A stretch of DNA of 64,000 nucleotides from Nannocystis bainbridge (GTDB taxonomy: Bacteria > Myxococcota_A > Polyangia > Nannocystales > Nannocystaceae). Shown one piece after another: positions 19,701-27,902 of the stretch (positions within the stretch are counted from its first letter, which is position 1; each line of letters opens with the position of its first letter). The stretch spans positions 545,724-609,723 of the forward strand of contig NZ_JAQNDL010000002.1 of the NCBI RefSeq assembly GCF_028368995.1. The letters run 5' to 3'. A model generated the notes under the pieces. It was given only the letters and a program-made list of their open reading frames with translations. It was not told the DNA's origin and made no database searches. Position numbers and translations under genes: made by a program.

Positions 19701-22700
19701 GGCCTCGATCTGGCGCCCGAGGTCCTCGTCGTCGGGCCGCAGCTTGTAGGCGCGCTGCAGGTAGCCGATCGCGCGCGCGGGGTCGCCGAGGCGCTCGCGG
19801 GCGATCTCGGCGGCCGAGATCAGCAGGGTGATGGTGCCGAAGTCGCCGTAGTTGGGGGTCTTCTCCTGGAAGGCCAGCTCCTGCTCGCTGACGTCGAGCA
19901 TCTGCGGCCACAGGCCGTGGGCCTGGGCCAGACCCTCGAGGCGAGCTTGCACGGCGCCGGCGTCGAGGCCGGCGCGCAGGGCCACGAAGTAGGCCTTGCG
20001 GCCCCAGGCGAAGGCGAGGTCGGGGTCGCCGATCTTCTTCTCGGCGGTGGCGGAGGCGCCGAGGCACAGGTCGATCTGGCCGCGGCTCTCGGCGCGCGCG
20101 CTCATCTCGGTGAAGCGCTCGCCGTAGACGACGAGCAGGTCCTTGTACATGCCGTGGCGCTCGGCGAACGCCTCGATCTTGGTCTTGAGGTCGCGGCTGC
20201 CGGGGGCGATGCCGAGGGCCCGCCCGAGCAGCGCGAGCGCCCGCTTGGCGTGGCCGAGCCCGAACTCGCACACCTCGGCCATCTGCTCGAGGGTGACGAC
20301 CTGCTGGGCGGCGTCGGTGAGGCTCTCGAGCCGCTTGCCGAGAGTGTCGAGGGTGGCCTGGTGATCGCCGGCCAGCGCCTGCAGCTCGCCGAGGACCTTG
20401 AGGCCCTCGCCGTCGTCGGGCTCCTCGCGCATGAACCGCTGGAACGCGGCGGTGGCCTTGTGCGGGGCGCCGAGGTTGACGACGTAGGTGCGGGCGATCA
20501 GCGAGAACAGCTCGCGCCGCTCCTCGGTCTCGAGCGCCGACAGCAGCAGCACCTCGGCGTGGCGGATCAGGCGGTCGAACTGGCCGGCGCGCTCGTACAG
20601 CTCGAGCAGCTTGAGGGCGACGTCGCGGTTGCCGATGGCGGTGGTCGACGCGAGCTGCTCGAGCACGCGGATGGCGGCGGCCGGGTTGTCGAGCCGGTCG
20701 GCCAGCACCTCGGCGCGCTCCCAGCCGATGCCGAGCGCCTCCTCGTCGCTGTCGGCCATCTCCTGCAGGGTGCCGAGCGAGGCGGCCAGACCGTGCCAGC
20801 TGCCGAGGTTGCGGTAGAGGCGGGTCAGCGCCTCGGTCGCGCCGCGGTGGTCGCGGTGGATCCGGAGCGCGCGCTCGAAGGCCGAGCAGGCCAGGTCGGC
20901 GTCGCCGAGCGACGACTCGGCGACGTGGCCCAGGCGCATGAGGTAGTCGAGCTGGCGGATCGGCGGGGTGCGGGCCGAACTGGCGGCCTTGCCGAGCAAG
21001 TTGGCCAGCTCCTCGCGGTTGCCGAGCGCCTCGTAGGCGGCGATCAGCTTGTCGGTGACCTCGAGGTTGTGCGGGTCGCCGGCCTGCAGCTGCGTCCACG
21101 CCTGGGCCGAGCGCTGCGGGTCCTGCAGCTTGCGGTCGGCGACGTCGGCCATGCGGCGGATGATGCGGGTCCGCTGGGCCGGCTCGCCGACCAGGCCGAG
21201 CTCGCGCGACAGGGCTTCGTGCTCGCCGCCGGCGTCACCGAGCTCGGCCGACAGGCCCTGCATGCGGTGCACGGCGTCGATGTCGGAGGGGCTGTAGCCG
21301 AGGATCTGCTCGCAGGCCCACAGCGCTTCGCGCGGGCTGTGCAGCTCGTGCTGCCACAGCTCGGCCATGCGCCGCAGCAGGACCACGCGCTGCGAGATGC
21401 TGCGGGTGACGTCGTGCTGGCGCCGCAGCAGGTCGATGACCTGGTCGTAAGCACCTGTCCTCTCGTACATCTCGGCGAGCGCGCGCAGGGCCCCCTCGTG
21501 GCCGGGCGCGAGCGCCAGCATCTCCTGCAGCAGGACGATGGTGCGCTGCGGGTCGGTCATGCGCTCGCGGTGGGCCTGCGACAGCCGGCGCAGGACCTCG
21601 AAGCGGCGCTGCGGATCGACGGTGCGCTGCAGCTCGGCCTCGAGGGTGGCGAGGTTGGCGTCGAGCATGCGCGCGCGCTTGTCGATGCGCGCGATCTGGT
21701 CGCGCGGGCGCCAGTCGTTGGGGTAGGCGAGAGCGAGCCGGTTCCAGGCGTCGAGGGCCCCGGCGAGGTCGCCGAGGCGGCGCTCGTAGATCTCGGCGAG
21801 CTCGACGAAGTGCTCGGCGAACTCGCTGCGCGCCAGCGGGCTGTCGGCGCCGCCGCCCATCTGCAGCGCTTGATCGACCTGGTAGAGGATGAGGCCGGCC
21901 AGGTGCGACCAGTTGTTCTTGCGCCGCCAGTGCTCCTTGTAGCCCTCGAACGCCTCGTGGTTGAAGGGCTCGCGCTCGAGCACGCGGTAGAAGCTGACGG
22001 CGGCCCGCTCCTCGTCGCCGAGGTCCTCGCGGGCGACGCGGGCGGCCCACAGCAGCTTGTCGGTCGGCAGGCCGCCAGGGTCCTGCTCGGACCAGCGCTC
22101 GTAGAGGCCGACGAGGCCGTGGTTGTCGCCGAGCTCGACGAGCAGCGCCTCGAGCCGCAACCACGCGTCGCCGCCAGGCCGCTCGAGCCGCGAGGCCTGC
22201 TCGTAGCAGGCGCGCGCCTCTTCGCGACGGGCGAGGCGAGTCTCGAGCAGCTCGCCGCGCGAGAGCCACAGGCCGTAGCTGTCGGCCTCGGTGACGTAGC
22301 CGATCCACGCCCCGTAGAGGTCGTCGAGCTCCATCCACTTCTCCTGCGCCATCAGCAGCTCGGCCAGCGCGTTGCCGGCCTCGTGGTGATCGGGGCGCAG
22401 GCTCATGGCCCGACGCAGGAGGCTGTAGGCGATCTTTTCGTCGCCCTGGCTGCGCGCCAGCTTGGCGGCGCGGAAGAACACGTCGGCGGCCTTTTGCAGG
22501 CCCTCGTCGCTGGCCTTGCCGCTGCCGAGGTAGAGGGCGCCGAAGGCCCGCAGGGCGGCGACGTCGTCAGGGTTGGCCTTGAGCGCGGCCTGGAGGTGGA
22601 GGGCCGCGGAGGGGATGTTCTCGAGCTGCTCGGCCTCGATGCGGGCGAGCCGGAGATGGAGGGAGGCGAAGCGGTCGCGCTCGCGGACGCTGTCGGTGCG

Positions 22701-23372
22701 CGCGAGCTCGACGTTGATCAGATCGATGACGCGCAGCCAGGCGCCGGCCTGGAGATGGAGGCGAATGAGCTGGTCGCTGGCGTCGCGCTCGCCATGGTTG
22801 ATCTCGAGCGCGGCTCTGTAGCAAGCGATCGCCTCGTCGACCTGGCACCGCTGCTCGTCGACCTTGCCGAGCTCGACGAGCGCGCCCGGGACGGCGGCGC
22901 GATCGTGCCGCCGCAGATGATCGAGGCGAAACTTGAGGAGGGTGGCGAGCTCGTCGAGGCTGCCGAGCTCGCCGTAGACCTTGCGCAACTGCTCGTAGGC
23001 GCGGTTGTTGTGCGGCTCGGCCTGGAGGGCGCGCACGAGGGCGTAGGCGGCCTGGGCCTTGTCCTTGACGCGGTCGTTCCACAGCTCGAAGGCCTGGACA
23101 CAGAGCTCGGCGACCTTGGGCGGGCCAGTGATGGCGGCGGCGTGGACGACGAGCAGGGTGGCGAGGCCGCTCCAGTTCTCGGCCTCGCGGAAGGCCCGCC
23201 GCAGCTTCAAGAAGGCGTCGTCGCTGGGCTTGGCGCGAAACGCCGTCAGCTCGGGCGGCTCTCCAGGAGCCACCGGCGGCAACGGGCAAGGCAGATCGTG
23301 AGGCGAGGGCTGGCGCTTGGGCGCGACGGCAGTTTCGGGCATGGGCTTGGTGCCGCGAGCGGGGCCGCCCAA
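13725..23372 (-). CDS. giant tetratricopeptide-repeat (TPR) protein, 3215 aa, with central Pro-rich linker
   Basis: One uninterrupted ORF, Leu/Ala/Glu/Arg-rich, with dozens of TPR-like units (LADLYEQTGQPERAEEQYRGVLAVSP and similar) and a PRPAAKPRGPTPPRPPGGKPLAKAPPPTRRPAAPPPPSRPPEP segment. The + ORF 13608..23417 is its antisense shadow. Confidence 0.85.
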   Translation of the reverse strand: MGGPARGTKPMPETAVAPKRQPSPHDLPCPLPPVAPGEPPELTAFRAKPSDDAFLKLRRAFREAENWSGLATLLVVHAAAITGPPKVAELCVQAFELWNDRVKDKAQAAYALVRALQAEPHNNRAYEQLRKVYGELGSLDELATLLKFRLDHLRRHDRAAVPGALVELGKVDEQRCQVDEAIACYRAALEINHGERDASDQLIRLHLQAGAWLRVIDLINVELARTDSVRERDRFASLHLRLARIEAEQLENIPSAALHLQAALKANPDDVAALRAFGALYLGSGKASDEGLQKAADVFFRAAKLARSQGDEKIAYSLLRRAMSLRPDHHEAGNALAELLMAQEKWMELDDLYGAWIGYVTEADSYGLWLSRGELLETRLARREEARACYEQASRLERPGGDAWLRLEALLVELGDNHGLVGLYERWSEQDPGGLPTDKLLWAARVAREDLGDEERAAVSFYRVLEREPFNHEAFEGYKEHWRRKNNWSHLAGLILYQVDQALQMGGGADSPLARSEFAEHFVELAEIYERRLGDLAGALDAWNRLALAYPNDWRPRDQIARIDKRARMLDANLATLEAELQRTVDPQRRFEVLRRLSQAHRERMTDPQRTIVLLQEMLALAPGHEGALRALAEMYERTGAYDQVIDLLRRQHDVTRSISQRVVLLRRMAELWQHELHSPREALWACEQILGYSPSDIDAVHRMQGLSAELGDAGGEHEALSRELGLVGEPAQRTRIIRRMADVADRKLQDPQRSAQAWTQLQAGDPHNLEVTDKLIAAYEALGNREELANLLGKAASSARTPPIRQLDYLMRLGHVAESSLGDADLACSAFERALRIHRDHRGATEALTRLYRNLGSWHGLAASLGTLQEMADSDEEALGIGWERAEVLADRLDNPAAAIRVLEQLASTTAIGNRDVALKLLELYERAGQFDRLIRHAEVLLLSALETEERRELFSLIARTYVVNLGAPHKATAAFQRFMREEPDDGEGLKVLGELQALAGDHQATLDTLGKRLESLTDAAQQVVTLEQMAEVCEFGLGHAKRALALLGRALGIAPGSRDLKTKIEAFAERHGMYKDLLVVYGERFTEMSARAESRGQIDLCLGASATAEKKIGDPDLAFAWGRKAYFVALRAGLDAGAVQARLEGLAQAHGLWPQMLDVSEQELAFQEKTPNYGDFGTITLLISAAEIARERLGDPARAIGYLQRAYKLRPDDEDLGRQIEALGEQHQMWQALVDLQEAKLARARTGLGRFDACAAIAKIYERHLHDPKRAFQWLRRAETDLRPADPSLAEEAAGLMTELAQRHQLWPELADHHRGLALAKLQRNERGGLNQLKDSARIDYEKRQDPLASLRTLRLGVAYDRDGTALMPAIEAMAAKVDENKSPDTPPTGALTLLSVTQQIIGQTVDPALKLQLLKRRAELRAGLGDTAGAIAEWLRALALHPGHEEARFELDRLAERDNLWHLLLLAPASELHFGTGKAQQGKLLTQIAELYENCLGRPEYALRARIAAWKLQGDLPPETGELGPAHAKMWHLAGLTGTYTSPPQARDPLLWPQIAPPELADRDQWRKLGLDPDTLAPRMAVKARKKEESSVMELDDLEELSRPTAEIQLSELEPLEELRRGGGKEVVARPGKTFRSETHTNIVDLADLEPVELSATAIKVRAPRPSRGETDIVDIAELEPLEASGSVSVRAAGLPRQESGVFDLADFEPIEDSLVGPAPKRPSAEVSGVLDLDEMLELDDDAPRPVSHKRSLPRPAAKPRGPTPPRPPGGKPLAKAPPPTRRPAAPPPPSRPPEPVPAASLPPPPPVASRELIDAVTAGLPALPELEAPVVPVRPAASSAWHELAHAYASVVPASKSERAGLQRLLARLWDEGAGRPDAALERYEEALALVPDDAAALTGLVHMAERTADPERLIAALSRLLSDLTLPEHIVAYHSRLADLYEQTGQPERAEEQYRGVLAVSPKHLGALRSLAALHAKTGREREAAEASARLYDVEADGLPLAERIPRVLQLARDLAYRADRSLEAIRRLEALVKETPETADVHAELIEILQREGLWVRAVEALRTAAEVVPNPDARVRCLARAATLTEERLGQLDAAIAGWSEVLDHNPGDPDALARLQSLYLRSEQYAKLLPILDRRLAQVGPGDRDARIALLVVKARALQEGQGDETAALETLETLAAEAPENDDVVLGLSRLYRKGGRMDDGIEMLRRRLAEIVSDMEVRNEPLAEEPLPFDIPEPVSPALAARRVRIAEALATALAEEAGDPRGALETLDEALADAPPEAALGLQQRRVALARALGDDRALTVSLAAVGEPDGILEAAAIARDRLHEPELAAQLFTRVLAELAPGAPQRSRRLSQAIEGLVGLRLAAGDLDGADALLDAQLAQIDDPEIRARILTESGRALLRGGQEFARARQRFEAALAADPDHAPARLALGAALIDAGLHAEAEATLEAAVEAFGLTRDQPRLVEGLLMLARLFEQTDRANEAYRRLSMALRHVPDDLEIRAGMAHNRAAAGRYRDAVAALEPVEQRLAAGTPVAPERASVVADLLILAAECDAKQNAPTDRLAARYARALELAPRHRKARAALAQLAQESGRLVDAADHTLALADLEQDPEARGRALLAAGMLFHEAAGAAAESGEETVVSASAQKILGAAFEAVQAGLALIQHIPHPVLDRRQLEAAFWTAVTRNAGIALGCLDRLLHHPDLRDAKRVGFLLEGVKIALQRGEPGDPARALAYARAAAPLLPDAAAPIHGLVDALRATGAVDEIEPAVRAYLARESVQKPPGDPREARDRQRLLVRLADLVVQAEPSPDPKDSRPAQAIRLLERAAELDPTGLGLAPRRQLAKLYADEKIQGPQVRTNSDALLHLDPLDEASLAALARHCAEAGEEHRAHAIHQLLRIVSPGHAEAGAFLTSHELLSVRGGKLDPATVVEPAPADAGVVPAMTALWEGAAELLAEELPRPQFNEAAWIEAETDKDTLLWKVWTELGTQMAAQGVRLADVGLLPEMHVEGGWTSVSCVHSPVILVGPAARAETTAPRLRFALGRALFFTRPAAILVAGLPRPLFAGVLAAALQAFHPRHTRRVRTRDEADLATRLGQTLARKLPIRLARQLSGQFKEREQEGFDSRDWRAWVQRSGDRVGLCLSRNLGAALDILGLPQEPGERSAALKARAAHDADLRDLLVFAVSPAYVGARRALGFEVKSR

Positions 23373-23819
23373 AATACCACGGCCGCGCAGGCGTGTGGTT
23401 TGCGGGCGGACAGGTGACCGTGAACAGCGCGGGGCGCAGGCGGCGCTCGGAGAGGTCGGTGATGGGGGCGGGGAGCCTCAAGGCCGGGGCGGTTCCGCGC
23501 GAGGAGGGTCGCGGTTGTGGCTTCGCGAATTGCCGGCGGCGCCTCGCTGGGGGTCCGGGGAAGGATCGTCGTCGAGTTCAGCGGCTGGATGGGCGTTCGT
23601 GCCTCACGCCCATCCCGCCTCGTATTCGACGTCGACCCTTCCCCGGACCCCCGGCACGGCTGCAGCCGTGAGAGGCCCGCGCGCCGGTCCCGGCTCCGCT
23701 GGCGATCTCGGAGGGGCGGGGGCCGGAGGGCGGCTGTTCGACGGCCAGGGCTGGCCGCCGAACAGCCGCCATCTGGGAGTCCTCGCCGCGGCGTGCGTTC
23801 GCCGGCGGGGAGACGATCG

Positions 23820-23960
23820 CGGGGAATGTGGAGAGTTGAAGGCGGCGGCGGAACAGGCGGGCCTTGAATGTGAGTAGGGGGTGAACGTGAGGGGCGGCGA
23901 ATGGGGAGGTTGAGAATGTTGGTAGTCGTTCACGGTGGCTGTAGTGATTCGCTGTTTGCC
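23820..23960 (+). other. purine-rich, lower-GC element with repeated GAATGTGAG-like motifs in an 800-bp divergent intergenic region
   Basis: ggggaatgtggagagttgaagg ... gaatgtgagtagggggtgaacgtgagg ... gaatggggaggttgagaatgttgg, with strand-asymmetric G/A content. Confidence 0.5.
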
Positions 23961-24181
23961 GGAGAGAATATTGGCGTGGGTCGCGGGGCGGTGCGTGGTG
24001 TGCAGCGCGTCCGCGGGCGCGGATGTCCGAGCGGTGCGCGAACGGGGCGTGGTGATTTGTTTCGTGCGAAGCAGCGAGCGCGGCGTGAGGGGGCGGCTCG
24101 CGGTCGGTCGTCGAGGAGCGAGCTTCGGGGTCCGCAGGCCAATGATTCCCGAACGTGCCGGACAAGAACGGCGCGACGATC

Positions 24182-25060
24182 ATGCAGCGATATATTCTGT
24201 GGTTCTCTGTGATGTCCGGCGCGCTGGTCGCCGGCTGCTCCGAAGCTTCGAACTCCGCGACGGAGGCGGCGCCGTCGACGACGGATGATGCGACGAGCAC
24301 AGGCGCGCCGACGACGGCGGGCCCGACGGGCGAGTCCACCGAGACGGGCGCGGCGCCGACCAGCAGCGGCGGCGAGGAGCTCGGGCAGTGCGATCCGTGG
24401 CTGCAGGACTGCCCGGAGGGGCACAAGTGCATGGCGTTCGCGCCGGAGGGCGAGGGGGCGTTCACGGGCACGAAGTGCACGCCGGTGGCGGCGAACCCGG
24501 GCTCGCTCGGAGATCCATGCAAGGTCGAGGACGGCTGGTGGAGCGGGGTCGATGATTGTGATCACGGGCTCGCGTGCTGGGACGTCGACCCGGCCGACAA
24601 CTCGGGGCAGTGCGTGGCGCTGTGCCGGGGTAGCGAGGACGATCACGGCTGTCCCGGGTCGGACGATGTATGCGTGTTTTGGGTCCCGGGGGTGGCGCAC
24701 GTGTGTCTGCAAGGCTGCGACCCGCTGCTGCAAGATTGCGCGGAGGGGCAGGGCTGCTTGCCGAACTGGGCCAATGGCGGCCAGGATTTCGTGTGCCAGG
24801 CGGAGTATTCAGCGGAGGAGGGCCAGGTGTTCGACCCCTGCGAATTCACCAACGCGTGCGATCCGGGGCTGCTGTGCTGGGGGCCGGGCAGCGCCCTGGA
24901 ATGTGAACAGGATGCGATCGGGTGCTGCCTGCCGTTCTGCGACTTGAAAGATCCGCAGTGCACGGGCGAGGGGGCGGTGTGCACGTCGTTTTACGAGGCG
25001 GCGGGCAGCGAGCCGTTGCCGCAGTTCGAGGATGTGGGGATCTGCGTGCTGCCGGGCTGA
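24182..25060 (+). CDS. cysteine-rich repeat lipoprotein (CDPW family)
   Basis: MQRYILWFSVMSGALVAGC, then QCDPWLQDCPEGHKC, ending FEDVGICVLPG. Confidence 0.8.
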   Translation: MQRYILWFSVMSGALVAGCSEASNSATEAAPSTTDDATSTGAPTTAGPTGESTETGAAPTSSGGEELGQCDPWLQDCPEGHKCMAFAPEGEGAFTGTKCTPVAANPGSLGDPCKVEDGWWSGVDDCDHGLACWDVDPADNSGQCVALCRGSEDDHGCPGSDDVCVFWVPGVAHVCLQGCDPLLQDCAEGQGCLPNWANGGQDFVCQAEYSAEEGQVFDPCEFTNACDPGLLCWGPGSALECEQDAIGCCLPFCDLKDPQCTGEGAVCTSFYEAAGSEPLPQFEDVGICVLPG

Positions 25061-25128
25061 GGTCCCGACTGTGGAAGGGCGAACTTGCGCGGCGGAACAG
25101 CCTCGCTGTTTTGTGGTATTTCGTCGTC

Positions 25129-26109
25129 ATGGCCTCGCCGTCTCGCCGCCGAATCGTGTGGTTCTCTCTCGCCTTCGCCTGCGCTTGCGGCCCCAAACCG
25201 GCTGCCGAGACGACCGACGCCACTGACTCGGCGAGCACTGCCGAGCCGGGGAGCACCACCGGCGATACCACGGTCGTCGAGACCACCTCGACGACCGGCG
25301 GTACTTCGACGACCGCCGGCTCCACCGCGCCGAACCCTACCACCGCGAGTCCCACCACGAGCGACAGCGGCGATTCGACCGGCGCCACCGGTACTCCCTT
25401 CATCACGCCTCCCGACCTCGGCGGCGGAGGCTGTCCCAGAGCCGCCGCCAGCTCCTGCGACCCATGGACGCAGAATTGCCCCTCTGACGACAAGTGCGCG
25501 CCTTCGGGGGGCGGCTGCGGCGTCTTCACCAGAACAGTCTGCCACGAGCTGCCCGACCAGCCGGTGCCGCTCGGCGGCATCTGCGAATCGGAGGGTCATC
25601 CGCTGAGCGGCCGCAATGATTGCGAGCTCGGCACCACCTGCTGGTTCATCGATCCCGAGACCTTGATCGGCACCTGCGTCAGCCTGTGCCACGGTTCCCC
25701 CGTGGCCCCCGATTGCTCGCATGTCCCCGGCACCGCCTGCGTGCTCGTCCACGACGGCCTCGACGCCCCGCTGTGCCTGCCGACCTGCGACCCCTTCGCG
25801 CTGACCTGTCCCGAAGGACATCACTGCCACCCGAGCGCGCTCACCCCCGCGCTGTTCGCCTGCACCCCCGACGCCTCGCTCGGCGCCGCCTTCGAGGCGT
25901 GCGACAAGGCCGATTGCGCCGCCGGCCTGCTGTGCAGCGAGTCGGAGGCGGCCGCCGTCGAGTGCGCCCCCGACACGAACTGCTGCACCCCGCTGTGCGA
26001 CCTCGATACCCCCGATTGCCCCGGCGTCGGCCAGGTCTGCCTGCCGTACTACGAGATGGGCCAGGCGCCCGCCGGGCTCGAGGACGTCGGACGCTGCGGC
26101 CTGCCGTGA
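25129..26109 (+). CDS. cysteine-rich repeat lipoprotein (CDPW family paralog)
   Basis: MASPSRRRIVWFSLAFACACG, then SCDPWTQNCPSDDKC, ending LEDVGRCGLP. It lies 68 bp after the previous paralog, so the two are probably an operon. Confidence 0.8.
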   Translation: MASPSRRRIVWFSLAFACACGPKPAAETTDATDSASTAEPGSTTGDTTVVETTSTTGGTSTTAGSTAPNPTTASPTTSDSGDSTGATGTPFITPPDLGGGGCPRAAASSCDPWTQNCPSDDKCAPSGGGCGVFTRTVCHELPDQPVPLGGICESEGHPLSGRNDCELGTTCWFIDPETLIGTCVSLCHGSPVAPDCSHVPGTACVLVHDGLDAPLCLPTCDPFALTCPEGHHCHPSALTPALFACTPDASLGAAFEACDKADCAAGLLCSESEAAAVECAPDTNCCTPLCDLDTPDCPGVGQVCLPYYEMGQAPAGLEDVGRCGLP

Positions 26110-26139
26110 TTCGACCAGGGGGATGAGGGGCGGAATGCA

Positions 26140-26215
26140 GTCCGTGTTGCGAGGCGGCGAGCAGCGAGCCGTCGCCGCAGTTCGAGGATGTGGGGAGCTG
26201 CGTGCTGCCGGGCTG
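26140..26215 (+). pseudogene. duplicated 3'-end fragment of the Cys-rich lipoprotein gene (copy of ~24990-25060)
   Basis: gcgagcagcgagccgtcgccgcagttcgaggatgtggggagctgcgtgctgccgggctgagg matches the last ~70 nt of gene 24182..25060 with about 5 mismatches. There is no upstream ORF body. Confidence 0.7.
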
Positions 26216-26432
26216 AGGCTTAAAAAGCGGAGCCAGGGCGCGCCGTCGACCGCAGGCGTGCCGGGGCGGCTCGATGGACGCGGGCGGGGAGACCTGGGAA
26301 GATGCCGGGGAGCGTGTCTCTTCAGGCGGTCATCCTTCGACGATCTGCGGCCTCTCGGGCGCTGCCCTGGCCGGTCGGGAGGTCGGCCGAAGCGAAGAGC
26401 TTGGACGGTGCCGGGCATCGAGAGGTGATCCG

Positions 26433-26996
26433 ATGAGAGCTGCGATGGCGATCCTGGGGATATGCGTGCAGGCCCTGCTGGCGTGCGACAAGGGCGACGG
26501 CAAGACCACGGACACGGCGAGCTCGGCGAGCTCGACGAGCACCACCGGCGACGACGGCCCGACCAGCGGCGGGACCACCGAGGCGAGCGCGAGCTCGACC
26601 GAGGCGGGTTCGAGCACCAGCGGCCCGATGGCCTGCGAGTTGGTCGTCGGGCCGTCGGACGAGTTCGAGGTCGAGGATCCCGACGGGTGCTTCGCAGCGG
26701 CGGACGAGGCGGGCTGTCTCGCTGTCGAGAGCCAGTGCACGGCCCTCTACGGGGTGCCGATGACGTGCACGGACGACACGTGGTGCGCGCCCGATGGCGC
26801 GGCCTCCGTGTATCTCGGGTGCCGCCCGTTCACGATATGCAAGCTGAACGCGAAGGCGGTCTGCCGGAAGGGCCCGAGCGGGGTCGAGGGCTTCTGGACG
26901 ATGACCTGCACCCCCGAGGGCTTCGGTCTCTGCGCCCCGAACCTGCAGGAGACGGAGGCCAGCGCCCCACCCGACGCCCCGCCCACGTGTGAATGA
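26433..26996 (+). CDS. cysteine-rich secreted lipoprotein
   Basis: MRAAMAILGICVQALLAC lipobox, an S/T-rich linker, and a Cys-rich domain. Confidence 0.7.
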   Translation: MRAAMAILGICVQALLACDKGDGKTTDTASSASSTSTTGDDGPTSGGTTEASASSTEAGSSTSGPMACELVVGPSDEFEVEDPDGCFAAADEAGCLAVESQCTALYGVPMTCTDDTWCAPDGAASVYLGCRPFTICKLNAKAVCRKGPSGVEGFWTMTCTPEGFGLCAPNLQETEASAPPDAPPTCE

Positions 26997-27041
26997 ACGA
27001 TGCCGGCGCGGCAGCCTTCGTGCCGCGCAGGCGCGAGAGGT

Positions 27042-27800
27042 TCAGAAGCGGCCGGTGAGGCTGACGAGGGCGCCGCGCGGGGTGGGGTTCATGCCGGCGG
27101 AGAAGCGACGGGCGCGGTCGTTGCGGTGGAGCAGGGGGATGAGGGTGCCGATGGCGGTGCCGGCGAGGGAGCCGAACAGGACGTCGGTCCAGAAGTGTTT
27201 GCCGGCCTCGACGCGCAGGACGGCGGTGGCGGCGGCGAGGCCCATCGCGCCCAGCCACAGGGGGACGGCGGCGCGGGCCCGCGGGTGGCGCAGAGTGAAG
27301 ATGGTGGCCCAGGCGCTCATCATGGCGAAGGCGGTCGAGGTGTGACCTGAATAAAAGGACAGGCGGGCCTCCTCGGCGTTGACGTCGCCGAGCTCGCTCT
27401 CGGGCTCGTAGCTGTAGGGCCGCGGGCGCCGGACGGCGAGCTTGACGAGGTTGTTGAGGCCGACGTTGACGGTGAGGACCTCGAACAGGACGACGACGTC
27501 GCGGGCCCAACCGGCCGCGGCGTGCCGGTAGGAGCCGGGGGCGCGCCGGCCGGTGACGAGGGTGTCGGCGAGGTCGGCGAGCACGGGGATGGCGATGGCG
27601 CCGTAGAGGAGGGCGTCGGAGGCGTGGGCGGCGGCGAGGTTCTGATTGCCGAGGACGCGCCGGTCGAGGGCGTTGATGTGGCTGCGATCGCAGGCGCTGC
27701 AGCCGGGCCAGCGCATGTCGCGAGCGGCGAGATCGATGCCGATGGCGGTGACGAGGCCGAGGGTGATGACGGGGACGTCGACGGCGGGCCGCAGGCGCAT
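27042..27800 (-). CDS. PAP2-family phosphatase (phosphatidic acid phosphatase type 2)
   Basis: Motifs KLAVRRPRPY (KxxxxxxRP), SFYSGHTS (PSGH) and RVEAGKHFWTDV (SRxxxxxHxxxD). Start taken at MRLRPAVDV. An alternative upstream start (28178) adds a signal-peptide-like MPRRLLSALLVVLTASPAAA plus a linker that is the translation of the hairpin repeats. Confidence 0.75.
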   Translation of the reverse strand: MRLRPAVDVPVITLGLVTAIGIDLAARDMRWPGCSACDRSHINALDRRVLGNQNLAAAHASDALLYGAIAIPVLADLADTLVTGRRAPGSYRHAAAGWARDVVVLFEVLTVNVGLNNLVKLAVRRPRPYSYEPESELGDVNAEEARLSFYSGHTSTAFAMMSAWATIFTLRHPRARAAVPLWLGAMGLAAATAVLRVEAGKHFWTDVLFGSLAGTAIGTLIPLLHRNDRARRFSAGMNPTPRGALVSLTGRF

Positions 27801-27902
27801 GAGGTGCGGCGGGAGTGATGGAGGAGGGGGCGGGAGCGGGGGAGCGGCGGCGGGGACGATGCCCGCGGGCGTGTCGGCGGTGGGCGGAGCGTCGGGGGCT
27901 GC

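Noticed and set aside
13608-23417. 3269-aa + strand ORF
   Set aside because: It is the antisense shadow of the TPR gene. It is Gly/Ala/Arg/Val-rich with low complexity and no motifs. Such open antisense frames are expected in a very GC-rich coding region.
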